Translations under genes and position numbers: made by a program
The notes under the pieces: generated by a model
What the model was told of the DNA's origin: nothing
The model's input: only the letters and a program-made list of their open reading frames with translations
Databases searched by the model: none
In this document: in pieces, positions 24,285 to 37,434 of the stretch
How positions within the stretch are numbered: position 1 is the first letter of the stretch
Layout of the letters: each line of letters starts with the position of its first letter
NCBI GenBank assembly: GCA_973895155.1
Contig: OZ316897.1
Span: 10,811,832 to 10,875,831 of the forward strand
DNA from: Marsupella aquatica
Lineage: Eukaryota > Plantae > Marchantiophyta
Length of the DNA stretch: 64,000 bases
Reading direction: 5' to 3'

Positions 24285-25616
24285 CAAGTGGAATGAGATT
24301 TTTCATCATGCTGGGAATATGTCTCACATTCCTTAACGTTCTCACACCACCATCAAACATCTGAAATCTTACAGATCCAAGTCCAACAACTTGACATGGG
24401 ATTTCATTTCCCATCAACATTGCCCCATTGGAAACCGTGTAAGAACTGAAAAAATCTCTCCTAGAGCAAATGTGAAAAGGACATGCACTATCTAGAATCC
24501 AGTCATCACTACCTGGATTTGACACTACGTTGAGAGCATAACCTTGACATCACAATATGTCATCATCATCGAGTAAATCTACCTCATGCGAGCTTGATGC
24601 CGCGTTAGCAGAGGCAGTAGGGACCTTTACTCGACAATCCCTTTTCATGTGGCCAGGCTTGCCACAATTCCAACATGCAAGAGGCTTCCTCTCTTGCGAT
24701 TTCCCTCTAGATTTAGATCTCCCTGGTGATGTAGATCTAAACCTATTCAGTCCATTTGTGCGCTACGCTGTTGCTCTTCCCCTGTTCACATTGAGCGCAG
24801 TGCCAGAAGAAGATGTTGTCTATGATTGACCCAACTTCTTCTGAGCATCATCAGACAATAAAGAGCTCACCACCTCATTATACGAAATGGATTTCAGATC
24901 TCTGTACAAGAGCACCTGTTTTATGCCCTGATAAGACGGCGGTAAGGAGCTTAGCAAAAGCAAGGCCTTATCCTCATCTTCAACTCCTTTTCCCAGGTTT
25001 GACAGATCCACCGCTAGACTGTCAAATTCATCTAGGTGATCCTGCATCTTGCTCCCTTCCTTGAGCCTGAGGCTCATCAAGAGAGACTTCTTGTACAGCC
25101 GGTCTGACGCATCTTCCCGGTAGTACTTCTCTCTTAGAGCCTTGAACAGTGACGCGCAATCCGCATAATCATCCAGTTGCTTGATGATGTGCGGCTTGAG
25201 ATATAGCATTATTGCATTGACAACAATCACCTGCTCCTGTCTCCACTGTCTCACAGAAATCTCCTCCTCTCCATCATCTGCTATCGCGAAGAGAGCAGAT
25301 GAGCTAAGCCCATGGCCCGTAGAACACCCTTCACTTGCTTCTCCCACAGCAAGTAATCAGTACGACCATCGTACTTCTCCACCTCAAACATCACTCCTCC
25401 AAATCTAGCCATCTCCCTCTTCTTCCCCACTACCAACAGCTCTGGTAGTAACACAATTTCCTCCACTGCACGCCGCACCGGTGATTGTACCGGTGTCACA
25501 AGTTCCTCTTCAAACGGTAGCAGCTCCTCCTCAGACTCTCCGTCTGATTGTCGCGATCCTGAAGCTCCACCGACGCCAATTCTTCCAGTATCCTTCAAGT
25601 CACTCATATGAAACAA
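24285..25616 (-). pseudogene. Copia gag-protease pseudogene
   Basis: ORFs 25281-25616, 24820-25347 and 24232-24525 separated by stops/frameshifts. Confidence 0.9.
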
Positions 25617-27292
25617 TCACGAAAAAATGTCTTTTTTCAAAACTTCTCACAAAACTCAAACTCAACACCGCCGCGTAGCCCACGAAGCTAGGAGTCCAAT
25701 ACTGAAATCCGAAATCAAAATCAAAATTCGACGGAAACGTTATTCAAATTTCGGCCGGGGTGGGTAAAACCTTGGGAAACTCCCCCATTTTGACCACCTC
25801 GGAGAATAACCGAAATACATAGTACAACCCGTCGTCGGAATTGCAATGTGATCGGTGCGCCACGTTGCTAACTCAAGTGGCAACGTCCTCACCGAAAAAG
25901 AACCAAAAAAGTTACCGTTTGGCGGACGGAATCTTTGTCGGACGGCCAAAAACTAGCTCTCTGTTTTTTTGGGAATATTCTCGCACAGTCCGAGAGGTCT
26001 CATAGGGGGCCGTTCCCCCTGTCGGAGCAGTTAAAACGGAGGGCGGCAGGTCCCGACACAAGGAGAACAAAGAGGGAGGGAAAAATGGGATAAATATAGG
26101 CCCTAAAAGGGGGTGATTAGCCCCTTAGCAAAAATACGCCCCAAAATGCGCATCCGCGTATGCGCGACGCGAGGCGGGCCAGGGGGCGTACAGGGTATAG
26201 AGGCGGGGGCCGGGAGTAAATGCTGGGCCGTGCACCGAAGAGGGGCGCCGGCGGGAGGGTGAGATGGGACGACGGGGGCGCAGGGCCGGCCGTAGGGCGA
26301 GGCGTCCGGCAGGCAGCCGGGCGCGAACGGGGTAACGTCGGGGTAAGGGTGCGGGCGCTAAAGGCAGGGCCGGGGTTAAGGCTAAGCTGGGAGGGAGTCG
26401 GGCCTCGCAAAGGGTGAGGTGCGGGGCGCGCGCCGGCTGGCGCTGCGGACCCCGCCATTAAAAAAGTGGGTGCAACAGGGGGGAGGTGGGCGCGCGTATG
26501 TACTCGGCCAAAAACCAGGCCGATACGAGGCCGAAACGAGGTGTGTATACACCTCGTTAAAAAATGACCTAAAACCCCCTTTAAAATGCAAAAAACTTCC
26601 CCGGGAGTAAGTGAAGGTTTAACTCACCTAATTGCCGCCAATTTAAGTGAGGAAAGTGAACGCCGTTGACGGGAAAATTTTCCAAATTTCACCGGCACAT
26701 TCTGCAGCTCCAGCAGAGTATAAAATTTTGCGTCGCGTCGCCTTCACTCCGCATCAAGTGCCAATCCCGGGCTCAAAATGACCGCCTCACCGCGATCAAA
26801 CCGTTGAGCCGTAGCACTTCGCGTTTCTTCCACCGAGTCGGACGTCACAAAGAGAAACCCGGTTCAGATGAGAACAAGCTCCATAGCTTGTGAAAAAAAA
26901 ACCTGAACGTCTCCTTCACTCGTCACGTCGCACTCGGTAACAACTCGGCAGTAACACAACTACCGACACGACCAACTCGCTTCAACCATCAACTTGAGCA
27001 ATAATGTGCGATCCCTTCCGCATCGCACAGCTCACACCGTTGAAAAATGCGAACTCTAGTCTCTCCCCTGAAAACCCGTCGAACACGAATAAAACCTGAA
27101 TGACGCAAACTTTGATTCCTCCGCACCACGGATACCGATCAGCGAGTTCTAACCACCGTTAGAAAGTCCTCTCAATAACCTATATGTACAGCCACACACA
27201 TTCGAGTTTCATGCGACGAAACTCCGAATGTACCATCGACAATGAACGCTAGAAAAACCTGTCACGAAAAAACCTCGTCACCTCCCAGGCAT

Positions 27293-27304
27293 GCTCTGAT
27301 ACCA
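27293..27304 (-). other. Primer-binding site complementary to tRNA-iMet
   Basis: TGGTATCAGAGC, 2 nt after the LTR end CAACA. Confidence 0.95.
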
Positions 27305-27306
27305 CT

Positions 27307-27650
27307 TGTTGAGCATAGACGACATTTGCAACGGCAAGCCCATGAACCATCCAACGCACAATAGTCGACACAGAGAGATACGTGGTTCACCTCCACATGA
27401 GGCTACGTCCACGGGAACACACAAGAGCTTTACTGCACTCTAGGCCGACCGGCCATACCAAACATCCACAGCACAAGCTCTCCCTATCTCTCAACTAGCT
27501 CCGTAACAATGAGCCTAGGTTCCACCAGGGTCTGGCATCAGCCCTAGCTATATACACAATAGCACTACTGTTAACTTTAGCTAAGTCCTAACCCGAGTTA
27601 GTCTAACTGTAGTTAGCTCATGAGTCACAAGACTAAAGCAATATCTAACA
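27307..27650 (-). repeat. Copia 5' LTR (344 bp)
   Basis: Reverse complement of the 8172/23762 LTR family. Confidence 0.95.
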
Positions 27651-29405
27651 GCTTGAAAGATGTCTTTATGCAAAAGATGTAGTTTACTAAAAGATATACT
27701 TTGGTGAAAGAAGTCAATGCATAATAGATGGGCGAAAGAAGTCAATGCATAATAGATGACGTGATACTTAAGATGCAGCTGAAAAAATATTATGGTGCAA
27801 AAGATATATTTGTTAAAAAGATCTCAATGGCGTTAAAAAATTGTGGAATGAAAGATGATGTTGTAGTACTCTTTAGAAATCTCAATTCTTCATGAAAACT
27901 ACAGATTCTACTGGTTGGATTTGGCTGGCGTTGTAGGTTCTCCCATATCCTGGACATAGGAAGTTTGGAACCCCCTAGCTGAAGCCAAACTAAATTTTTC
28001 TCCAGCGACTTGGGTTGGAAGGAAGAAGCTCTGTCCTCTTTTGAGTAGTGGTTCGTTAGTGTCTCATCTGATAGACCGCTGCGAGCTGGAGGCTTGGACA
28101 TTAAGCAGCAATTCAATTCGTCCGGTGGAAGGCTGAGCGCACGAACAGAGTTTGAGGCTGCAAAATTCGAGAAAGAACCGGAGATGGTTACTTCCTTCTC
28201 GCCAACTTGTCAGTTTGCCAACGCGCCATCTCTTTGCTGTCATTTCCCGTACTTTGCGGTAAGTCGCTAGTTCGGGAGCATCCAATTGCATGAAAGTTGT
28301 TCAGTCGAACAGGAATATTGTTTGTGGAGCATTGCACTGTTGATACGGTTTTTCATCCTTTATTCATTGAGCCCCTTGCGACATTTTGAAGTAATGCTTT
28401 TATTTCGTGCAGACTGCTTGTTGTGGGACGAGATGCACTGCGTATGACTCTTGGGAAGGTCCAATTTGGTTGTTTTTTTACATCCTGGTTGTATCTTATT
28501 TCTCACGGCTTCATCGAGCTGTGTGATCTATTCGGGCTTTGAGGGAACCAACAGAGTTTGACGACTTTAGAGAGCAGCTGATGTCGTTGATGCTGATACC
28601 CGTGTTGATAGCAAAATCGTCTTAAGGATTAGGCTGCTGATTGCGCGGTGTGTCGGGTTGCAGTAATCCTCTCATTTCAGACACAAGACTACTGATGCAT
28701 GATTCGTTATGGTGTGGTGATTTGTTAACTTTGAAGCGAGGCCAATTGATATCTGACTCGATACCTGATCCGACGACGAGGCCATAAAATTGATTGAAAT
28801 GAGCCTTTTGCCAAAAGATCTCGAGGAAGCACGTGGTGCCCAGAATTGTGTTAAAGACAGGTGAACTGGCTGGTCATATCGGAGAACATGAAAGCAGGGC
28901 TCTGTTTCGTGCTATTTTCTAATAAGGCCCCGGAAAAAAGTCCCAGACCACGGTACCAGAGTCACCTCCACCACCTTCTCTATTGTCTTGAGGGAGGAGG
29001 GGTGCGTTTGCTCTGCCCACGGCAAGTGAGGTATGTTGACAATCTATCGCACACGTAATGTGGACCATCAATTGCAAGAAACCCTTCCGATATCTCGGAA
29101 CACTAGCCCGACTCCCCATCCTTTGGACGTAAAGCTTGCACCCCTGAAAATGTTATACCCTACTGGCTTCCATCTCGACGTTAGGCCATGAACCCAACTT
29201 CTCTTCGTGCTTTAGTACGTGGTTATATATTGAGTTGCTGGGAGTGAATAACTCGCCGTACTGCTGGAGGAATGATAGTGTCTGTACAATCTAATCATTT
29301 CTGCATTTAAGGCTGTGTACAATCATTTCTGCAGGATTGGTTTGACTATTTTCACTGATGAAATCGATTGAACCAAGTCAGGCAATTGCAGCTCAGTCCC
29401 TGAGG

Positions 29406-32400
29406 TTATACGTTTGTTTGACGAGACTGGTTGTCCGGATGAGCAGCAAGATCACTGTGCCTTGGTCGATAATTGTACCATCGAGCTACAACGAGGTATA
29501 TGAAGAAGTTGAGAAAGCTCAAGAATGCGAGAAGCCAGTAGAAGCGATCTAAGTGGCCAGCATCGAGGTCATCTGCAAGCCACCCGCTGTCCCCATCTCT
29601 CTTCGAGAATCTATCCACAGTATCTACCAGAAAGCTGCTGGAATAGAACCCAACGGACATGGTGCACAAACACAAAGCAGTACCCATTGACCGCATGCTC
29701 GAAGGTGATTCCCCATAGAAAAATTCGAGCTGGCCGATGTATGTGAAGGCCTCGCCCGTGCCCACGAAGAAGTATTGCGGCAGAAGCCAGAAGACACTTA
29801 TGTGAGCGTTGCTGCCCAAATGACGAATCGTTCGACGGCGTTTCTCTTCGATCAATGCGGCTGCAATCATGGCCAGAAATGAGAGCACCAACCCAACTCC
29901 GATTCTCTGAAGAGTGGTGATGCCCTGTATTCTCCCGGTGTAGTGCCTCATCACTCGGACGAAAACTCGATCGTAGACCACGACCATGGCCAAAATACTC
30001 AACTGCAGAAAGACGGCTATGGAGGCAGGCGGGATCTCAAAGCTTTTCGAGAGCTTCCTATCCATCACCACAGCCTGCTCCACCGTGAACGTTGTCATTT
30101 GTGCATACACTGTCCAAAAGAGGAAAGTGGTGAATAAGATGGGAAGCACTCGTATCAAAATCTTGACCTCCTCTACTTGGGTAACTGTGGCCAAGGATCT
30201 GATCGCGTTTCTCTGCAGCGTCTTCTCGCCAATCTGTACTGTGTCCTGGGACGCAACAGTTGCCTTGGAAGAGTGTCCATTTCGGTCCATGTCTGCAGGG
30301 ATTATGGCAGCTTTGCTCAAAAACCTGTAATTCATGGCCATACAGTTGATAACATTATTGACGAGATTGATGAGACACGAGTTATTATAGGCAACTATGC
30401 ATTCTTCTGTTCTACTACTTCTAGTTTGTTCCTTGAATAAAGTGTGAGATGATTACCCTTCCGGTCAAATTTACAGGCCAAAAATTTACCGAAACCCAAC
30501 TGACTTGTACGTAAGCAATCGATAGTGGCTACAGACGATTCAGATTACTTACTGGATCAATGGACTATTCATAGGATCGAAATGTTCAGTTTGAAAGAAT
30601 CTAAATAATATTTGCCTTTCTTGATATGCTCACATGCATGGAACTGGTTCGTTCGCCTACTCCCATTCATGCACTTAACTTGCTAGCTAGGACTTGGTTA
30701 ATGGTTATTGACGTGTGTATCGTGTTTGATAACAGTTCAACGTTCACACCTCCAATTAAGTAGAAATTGTTGTGTTGTCCTTTGTTTGCCCTCGGAAGGG
30801 GACATATACGTACTTGCCATCGGTTAGTCTCTGAAATGCTCGTTAGTAAGCATTATTTGAGTACGTGATCTACATATGCATATGCTCGCATTAGTTAGAA
30901 AGTTCGCAGATTCAAGTGGTAAATAGCTTGGGGGTCCTTAGAGATGACGGGGTCAATGAGCTTACAGAAACTGGTTAGTGTGCATGATCCTGTCGAGGTA
31001 ATTCCCTGGGGGCTCCTGTAGCTGACCTCTTTCGCATGGGTGCACTTCATAGAGCATGGTGGCTGGGTCTGAAGGAAGTTCGAGTTTGCGCTTTTTGAAA
31101 GCAGCAACGATGACACGAGTAACACTCAGAAAGGGGCTGCCCTGAGGAGGGCTATACCTGTATACCCTCCTTCCACCGACAAAGGCCACCACCGCAAACA
31201 ACATGCATGAAGACGTGATCCCAAATCCCCAACCTCGACCCATCTTGTCCTGGATGTAGACCAAGAGCGTGACGGCCACAAGAGCACCCATGGTGATGAA
31301 GAAGAAAAACCAATTGAAGAAATAGGCCATATACTTTCTCTCCAGAGGGTCATTTTGGTCAAATTGATCTGCTCCGAACGCTGAAACGCAAGCTTTGATG
31401 CCGCCCGTACCCAGAGCAATGAGGTAGAGGGCCATGTAAAGAGTTGCCAGGTTCATTCCTTGCGCAGGGTGACATGGCACTTCGGGTGGTGCGCAGTGTG
31501 GTTGCCAGAAAACCGGCAACGAGGCGAAAAGTGTGATCAAAATCAATCCCTGCGACGGAACCAATGTTTTGAAAGGAAAAAAGAATAACTCGTTAGTTCC
31601 AGATAATCGCCAGGTAAATCTGTGATAAATCCTGAGTATTACTTCAGAAAGGATTCATGCAGGGACAGATTAAGTGCTTGAAATAGTGTGTGAATATTAA
31701 TAGACGTGCGTCTGAGCCCAAGCTACGGACACAATATGCTGGTGTTCTCAAGCTTCCCACACCTATCAGTGAAGTGTTTGGCATCTCATCTACGTGTATG
31801 AACGAGATGAACGAGGAAAACATATTGTGTAATCCGAGCACTGTCAAAACGACTGATCACAGTTTCCTTCAGAACTCCACACTCATATTCCTCAGGCCAT
31901 TAGGAATGCTAACAGCTCCGGCTCATAGCTTATGCTTGCAATGATACAGTCATCTCTTGAATGTTCATTATCATTGTTAGACAAGCCAGTTCAGAGAAAT
32001 TGATTGTGGTAACGAACGAGGAAAGAGGACTCACCAGAAATTGGATAGTACCAAAGACAGCAATTGTCATGTACCGGCCTAACCAGGTGTCGGCCACGAA
32101 GCCTCCAATGATGCAGGTGAGAAATGCAGTCCCGATAAAGTTTGTCACCATATTTGCAGAGTATGGCTTTGAGAGATGTAGGTTACCCACCAGATATGTC
32201 ACTAAGTTGTACCCAATGCCGAATGCTGACATCCTTTCGCACATCTCCCCCCCTGGATCCCATGGTTACCAATCAAATCCATACTCTGTTAGAGATACTC
32301 ATAAATGTGCAGTGGTACATACTAAATTTTTATCAGGGCAAATACCTGAAGTCAAATTTCTGGATATGCTAGGGAATATGTGACCTTGAAGAAACAATAA

Positions 32401-32868
32401 TTTGGTGTTAATTATACTTTCTTGACAGAAGAGTAAGTGAATCTGCACCGCCTCCACTGCTGTCAGAAATAGGTACGGAGTCATTGTCCCGAGTCATGTT
32501 TGCGAACAAAAGTAGGCTCAAGCAGATTGCTCCTGGTCCGGACAATTAAATTTCATTGGAAACGTCGGGTACCAAGGAATCAGGACGTGTAGCCAACCCC
32601 CGAGCCAACCTTTGGACTTAAGCATGGATAATCTCATCAGCATAAAATAGATGGTGAAAAATAAAGGAAATTCGGTCCGGATTGGTTCTTGAGTTACTCT
32701 CTTGCCGAATATGAGAGGGGCTGTAGACCAGCCTCCAGTAGTTTTCTTGTCGGCTGGTCGGCCGAGGTAGTCGACTGTTCCATTCTTCACTAGACTGCTC
32801 GTTTCCTCCTCCATGGATACGTGTTCGCCTAGCTTTTGCACGACACATAATTTTTGCTCTGCAGGCAT
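29406..32868 (-). CDS. NRT1/PTR family (NPF) transporter, NPF6-like, 4 exons
   Basis: Exons 32868 (or 32814)-32706, 32252-32035, 31549-30966 and 30324-29406. Motifs ExxER (EMCER), GGFVADTWLGRY, GTGGIKACVSAFGADQFD, TQVEEVK, LQRIGVGL and WLLPQY. First intron has a GC donor (G|GCAAGA). Confidence 0.95.
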
Positions 32869-35800
32869 CTGGCCCTGCACGTTGGCTCCACATTCGTCTT
32901 CATAAGTAGGGACCCACGACCCTAACAGAATGGCAGAATACTTATCATATTAGACCACAAATGAGAAAATGCTACAAATTCCGTCATTATATGTTGCTGA
33001 AATGATTTTGCTAATGATTTAGTATGAATCTAGCTATAAAGGTTGACTGCGCTATAAAGGTGGTGAGTGCTGGTTCAGTGGCAAACCAAACTATATCCTC
33101 TTTGCTAGAGCTGTCCTCCAGTATGGTACTGATCACTTCCACTACTTCAATCTAGTGCAGCGCAGCGAATCACCGTCAATGCTGTCTTGATCTTGACCAC
33201 TACGAGTACTAGTAATCAAAATCCTAGGCCAACAGGGAAATCTTAATGTGTTTCCTGGTTACTTGGCTGAGAAGCTGTGACGTACTTGTATCTGTATGCT
33301 GGTTTGTTCTTCTTTTTAGAGAGGGACTGACCCCTGTAGTGCTCGTCCTACGTAAGCTAAGAAGCAGGAAATGAGTTCCAAGATTTCTATGATAGTTCCA
33401 TCGAATCGTAACAACTGGAGAACCGTTACTATTCAGTTTACAGTAAGTTGCTCATTCATAACAATTAGCTAGCCTGATCACTCGTGTTTTGAGCGCAAAT
33501 ATAGGTGAAGAGAAACAGTGTGAGGAATATTATTTTTGTAATAAGAATAGCCACTTCTACCTAGAGGCTTCATTGTATACCTACACTACTATCGAGTCTC
33601 TCTTCGCCAATTACTGGTTAGATTTTGTGTAGTCGATCCTCAAGCTCCATGAAACCGAACAAGATACCCACATCATCAACCATTGATTATTTACTTGGTC
33701 TCAATCGGAACCTACTTGTTATTGAGTATCACAAAAGCAAGGTGGATTTTCTCGAGTTGTCTCCAGGAATAATCAAAGGTTTCCCACCATTTTAGGACAA
33801 ACCAGATACATCTCGAAAAAGCTATCCCCGCCTTCATTTTCACTGTAAAAAAACACGATCTTCCAAAGCTTGCTATGGTGAAGATTGGGAACTAATAAAC
33901 CTCAGGTTATGTACACTACAGTAAGTGATGTACGTTTTCACACTTTTGCCTTCCGAATGTACACATTATTTCCAATATATTTTGGGAAGTTGAGGTCCAT
34001 GGATTATGGGGTTATGTTAGGTGGGCCATAAAGGTCCGCAGACTCCCTATATTATTCTATGCTACTAACATTTCGCTTGCCATCATGAATGGGTAGTGTA
34101 TCCATCCCCTCTACGCTCAAGGGGTTATGGCTGTACTCCCTGAGGGGGTCAGAGCCGATGCGCCCCAAAGAGGGAAAGGGTTACTGTCTTACTGAGCTTG
34201 CAGAAACCCAATCAAGAATGAATATTGGGAAATTATGCTTGGGAGGATCCACTGTCCTGATCCAGGCCAACAACAAATTGGTTTAAATAGGGAGTTTCAG
34301 CCTCTCATGAAAAGAGTTGAGGGAAACAGTGAGTCAAAAACCAAAGACGCCCAATCAAGGGGATGGCAACTAGTGAAGACCCCAGGAAGGCCAAAGAGGA
34401 AAGAGCAACAACAAAAAAACCAGAGACCCTGGTAAAAGGCCACCCCAACAATGGTCAGGAACATAAACCTCAAAGCCGACCAATCGGTAAACTGAAGACT
34501 GACTGATAGAGCTCCCGGGTTTAACTGCACAGCGGGTCATCCACAACAGAGCCTTACTGAGACCAAATTGAAAATCCAGGTACAGGAGTACAGCTGAGGA
34601 GCATAGAAGGGTAATGACGAGTAATTTGACTAGAGGCACCAAAACCACCAGCCTGGGCCCTACCAAGAATAGCTTAGGAGTAAACAGAACAGGAGGGTCA
34701 GTAACAGAATTTGATAAGAATTGGGCCTACCAATAATAGTGAATGTTGAGCCTTTGTACATTAGTATGCAACTGAGCGGATCAGCGGAGTGGGAGTGGAA
34801 GCCAATTAATTACACAAGCGTGTTGTAACTGAGGTCCCTCTCCCTCAGACACTCGTCTTCAAATTCGATGAGCTCGGACATGAAGCTCGAGAGCTGCGCG
34901 ACCTCCTTCATTGGTCGTCTTCGGACTTCGTCGGCCTCCTCAGTCTTGGTCCTCATCTTTCTTGTCTGACTTCTCTTCTCTGCAGGCTCATCGTTCTTCT
35001 CTTCAAAATGATGTCGGGGTCTCGTTTCCCTCAGCTTCAGTTGTCACCTTCTTGCTCGCTCCCCGGACTGTATAGAAATTTGTTCGACTCTCTGGTGCGT
35101 TGGTGGCTTTGAGCAGAAACAGGAGGACCAATTGCGCGCAATTTCGTTCCCTCTCCTCTTGACGAAGTGGATCGCTTTGCTAGTCAGAGGTCGACAAGTG
35201 GTAAGCAGATGGTCAATTTAGATGGTTGGTTATATGCACTCACATGGCTGTGCATGTACTGGATGGATATGACGAAAGCATTTGATGCTACAGGTGTGTG
35301 ACGTCTGCCGGAGCTCTGCGCGGAGCTCTGCGGTGACCATGTGAGATCTGCCTTTGCTCTGGCCTCCAATCCTTCGTAACTGAATACCAACTTCTCAGTT
35401 GGTAGCCGGGGGGTAGCTCGAAGTATCTGTGTCTTCGTCCCCTCTTGAATGTGCAGTATCGATTGATCCTGAAACAGCAACTGGCGGTAGCTGAAGCTGC
35501 ATACCCACCAGCTAGGAAATTTCGGAGAAGTTCCGAGCCCGGGGTTCCGAGCGGTCGAATTGGTTACATGATAGTCCCGATGATAGTTTGTTTTCTCCTA
35601 ATTATGATGATCAGCACTTATCTTAGGGCTCGAAACAAGCCCAGCCAGTCGCGGAGGGAATTCTGAAGCTGAAGCTCGATCAGTGCACTCAGCCTACAAG
35701 CTTGGCACTTGACTATTGCCTAAGCTTTGCTCATTCCATGTTTATAGCTACATGATCTCCAAATCATCAACTTCCTACATAATAGATCCCCATGACCTAT

Positions 35801-37166
35801 TGACAATCGATTACTGGACTAATGTTGACGTTCAGAGCTGTAACTATCCTTCTAGAATGTATACATGCAGGTACTACGATTGTAAAATACTCAGTCTTGG
35901 GCAGGAACCTATGTCATCGTTCAAGTCGTTTGTCTGTGTGATGATCACGGCTGTCGAATACTGTAGTTTCAGGTGCCCAGACCGATCCACCGTCTTATTC
36001 AGTCAAGCACTCTGGCTAGGGCCACAGGGGAGGTCTCCTTCGCCACCTAGGTCGTTGCAATTTCCTCGCGGGGTGAATGCAGCAGGTGGATGAAAAGTAT
36101 CATAGCCATATCCTGGTGGAAGAACGGAAGACCTTCATCGATAGATAATTTTATTGACAATGACAAGATGGACAAAGTAAGATATCACTCGTATCCTCTT
36201 TTGCATCCTTACAGCGATGTACAGAAGTCTTAGGAGATCATTATTTGACATGGGCAGGACCGGTGTTTTGCGTTTAGGGCTTAGCAACAGTGCCTCAATG
36301 TAGACATAGGAGAAGCGAGCTTCAATTGGTAAATCAACAAGACTTATCTCGACTCTCAGAACTGAAGAAGGCATTAAGTCAAGCTTCTTGAGTCTACATA
36401 CCGTGGTTGGGACGGCTACCATGATCCTGATTAAATTCTGAAGTAGGAGTTCTCACTTCACGAATGTTGTTTTGGCTGAAAGAGCTCGAAGATAAGGTCG
36501 ATGCAATCAAAGCTGATTGAAGTTATTATGTTCTACAGACATAGATCACCAATCCTTGCTAGACTCCCAACAACGAATTTTTGTCCTACTTATTGACAGG
36601 TCACATACCAAGGCCGAGGAGCCTGTCACGAAAAACAACGTCATGCTTTCCGGCATGTCAACTTTGACGAAAACTTCTTCACTCAGTCTTTATTAGGGAA
36701 ATGACATGCGCTTTCTGTACACAACTATTTGGGGAAATCTGTGCTTAGCTCATGGACTTGACGGCCGAGAAAGTCACATTTAGCTTGATTATTTGACTTG
36801 AGATTAGAATAATCAAATGCGGTCGAGAAACCAGAAGCAACGCATCCGCAGCGTTTCAAGGCTGCAGGAATATTTGACAGAATTCGGTCAGCCCGAGTAT
36901 TTGACTGGCAGTATAATAATGACAACGAACAACCGGTGGCTCGGAAATTCGGAATAAGACGCACGCTAAGAATTATTTGTGTCAAGACGCCAACCGGCAG
37001 ACTGCAGTGTCTCAGTTGATGATAGCTCGAGCCACTCATGAGGGTGGTTGTGTGGGACAGCTGAGTTCGAACTGAGAGACAGGATGTTGTTACAGGTGCC
37101 CAGAGGTACTTCTTCCGTAACGGGTATCCCGGGCGGAGGTGAAAAATGGTCGCTGTACCTGTGTAA

Positions 37167-37434
37167 CAGTCACTGCCCACAACAACGAGAGACGCTTCGT
37201 CTTCGTTCCATAAAACTGCCTTTTTATGAAGCACAGAATGAACAGCAGATATTGTACGAAGCTCGCTCAAACACAGACAAGGAACTTCTAGTAGAGGAGT
37301 CAGTCACTGCCCACAACAACGAGAGACGCTTCGTCTTCGTTCCATAAAACTGCCTTTTTATGAAGCACAGAATGAACAGCAGATACTGTACGAAGCTTGC
37401 TCAAACACAGACAAGGAACTTCTGGTAGAGGAGT
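37167..37434. repeat. 134-bp tandem duplication (2 near-identical copies)
   Basis: CAGTCACTGCCCACAACAAC...GTAGAGGAGT at 37167 and 37301, about 3 mismatches. Confidence 0.95.

Larger units (their letters stand above)
24256..27650 (-). mobile_element. 3'-truncated Copia element (5' LTR, PBS, long leader, gag-protease) with foreign 29-bp cap and TSD GCTTG
   Basis: LTR 27650-27307 and PBS TGGTATCAGAGC (27304-27293). Gag shows FEVEKYDGRTDYLLWEKQVK, LLSSLPPSY and a CWNCGKPGHMKRDC knuckle; protease WILDSAC. Homology stops at 24285. GCTTG at 24251-24255 and 27651-27655. Confidence 0.9.

Noticed and set aside
26117-26610. Pro/Gly/Arg-rich ORFs
   Set aside because: By-product of very high GC content in the Copia leader.
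33958-34770. Possible solo LTR or TIR element bounded by TGTACA
   Set aside because: No matching TSD, only a short inverted match, and no second copy in the window.
34840-37100. Possible additional gene between NPF and PTAC5
   Set aside because: Only short ORFs without motifs or a consistent splice pattern; a lncRNA or decayed TE cannot be excluded.
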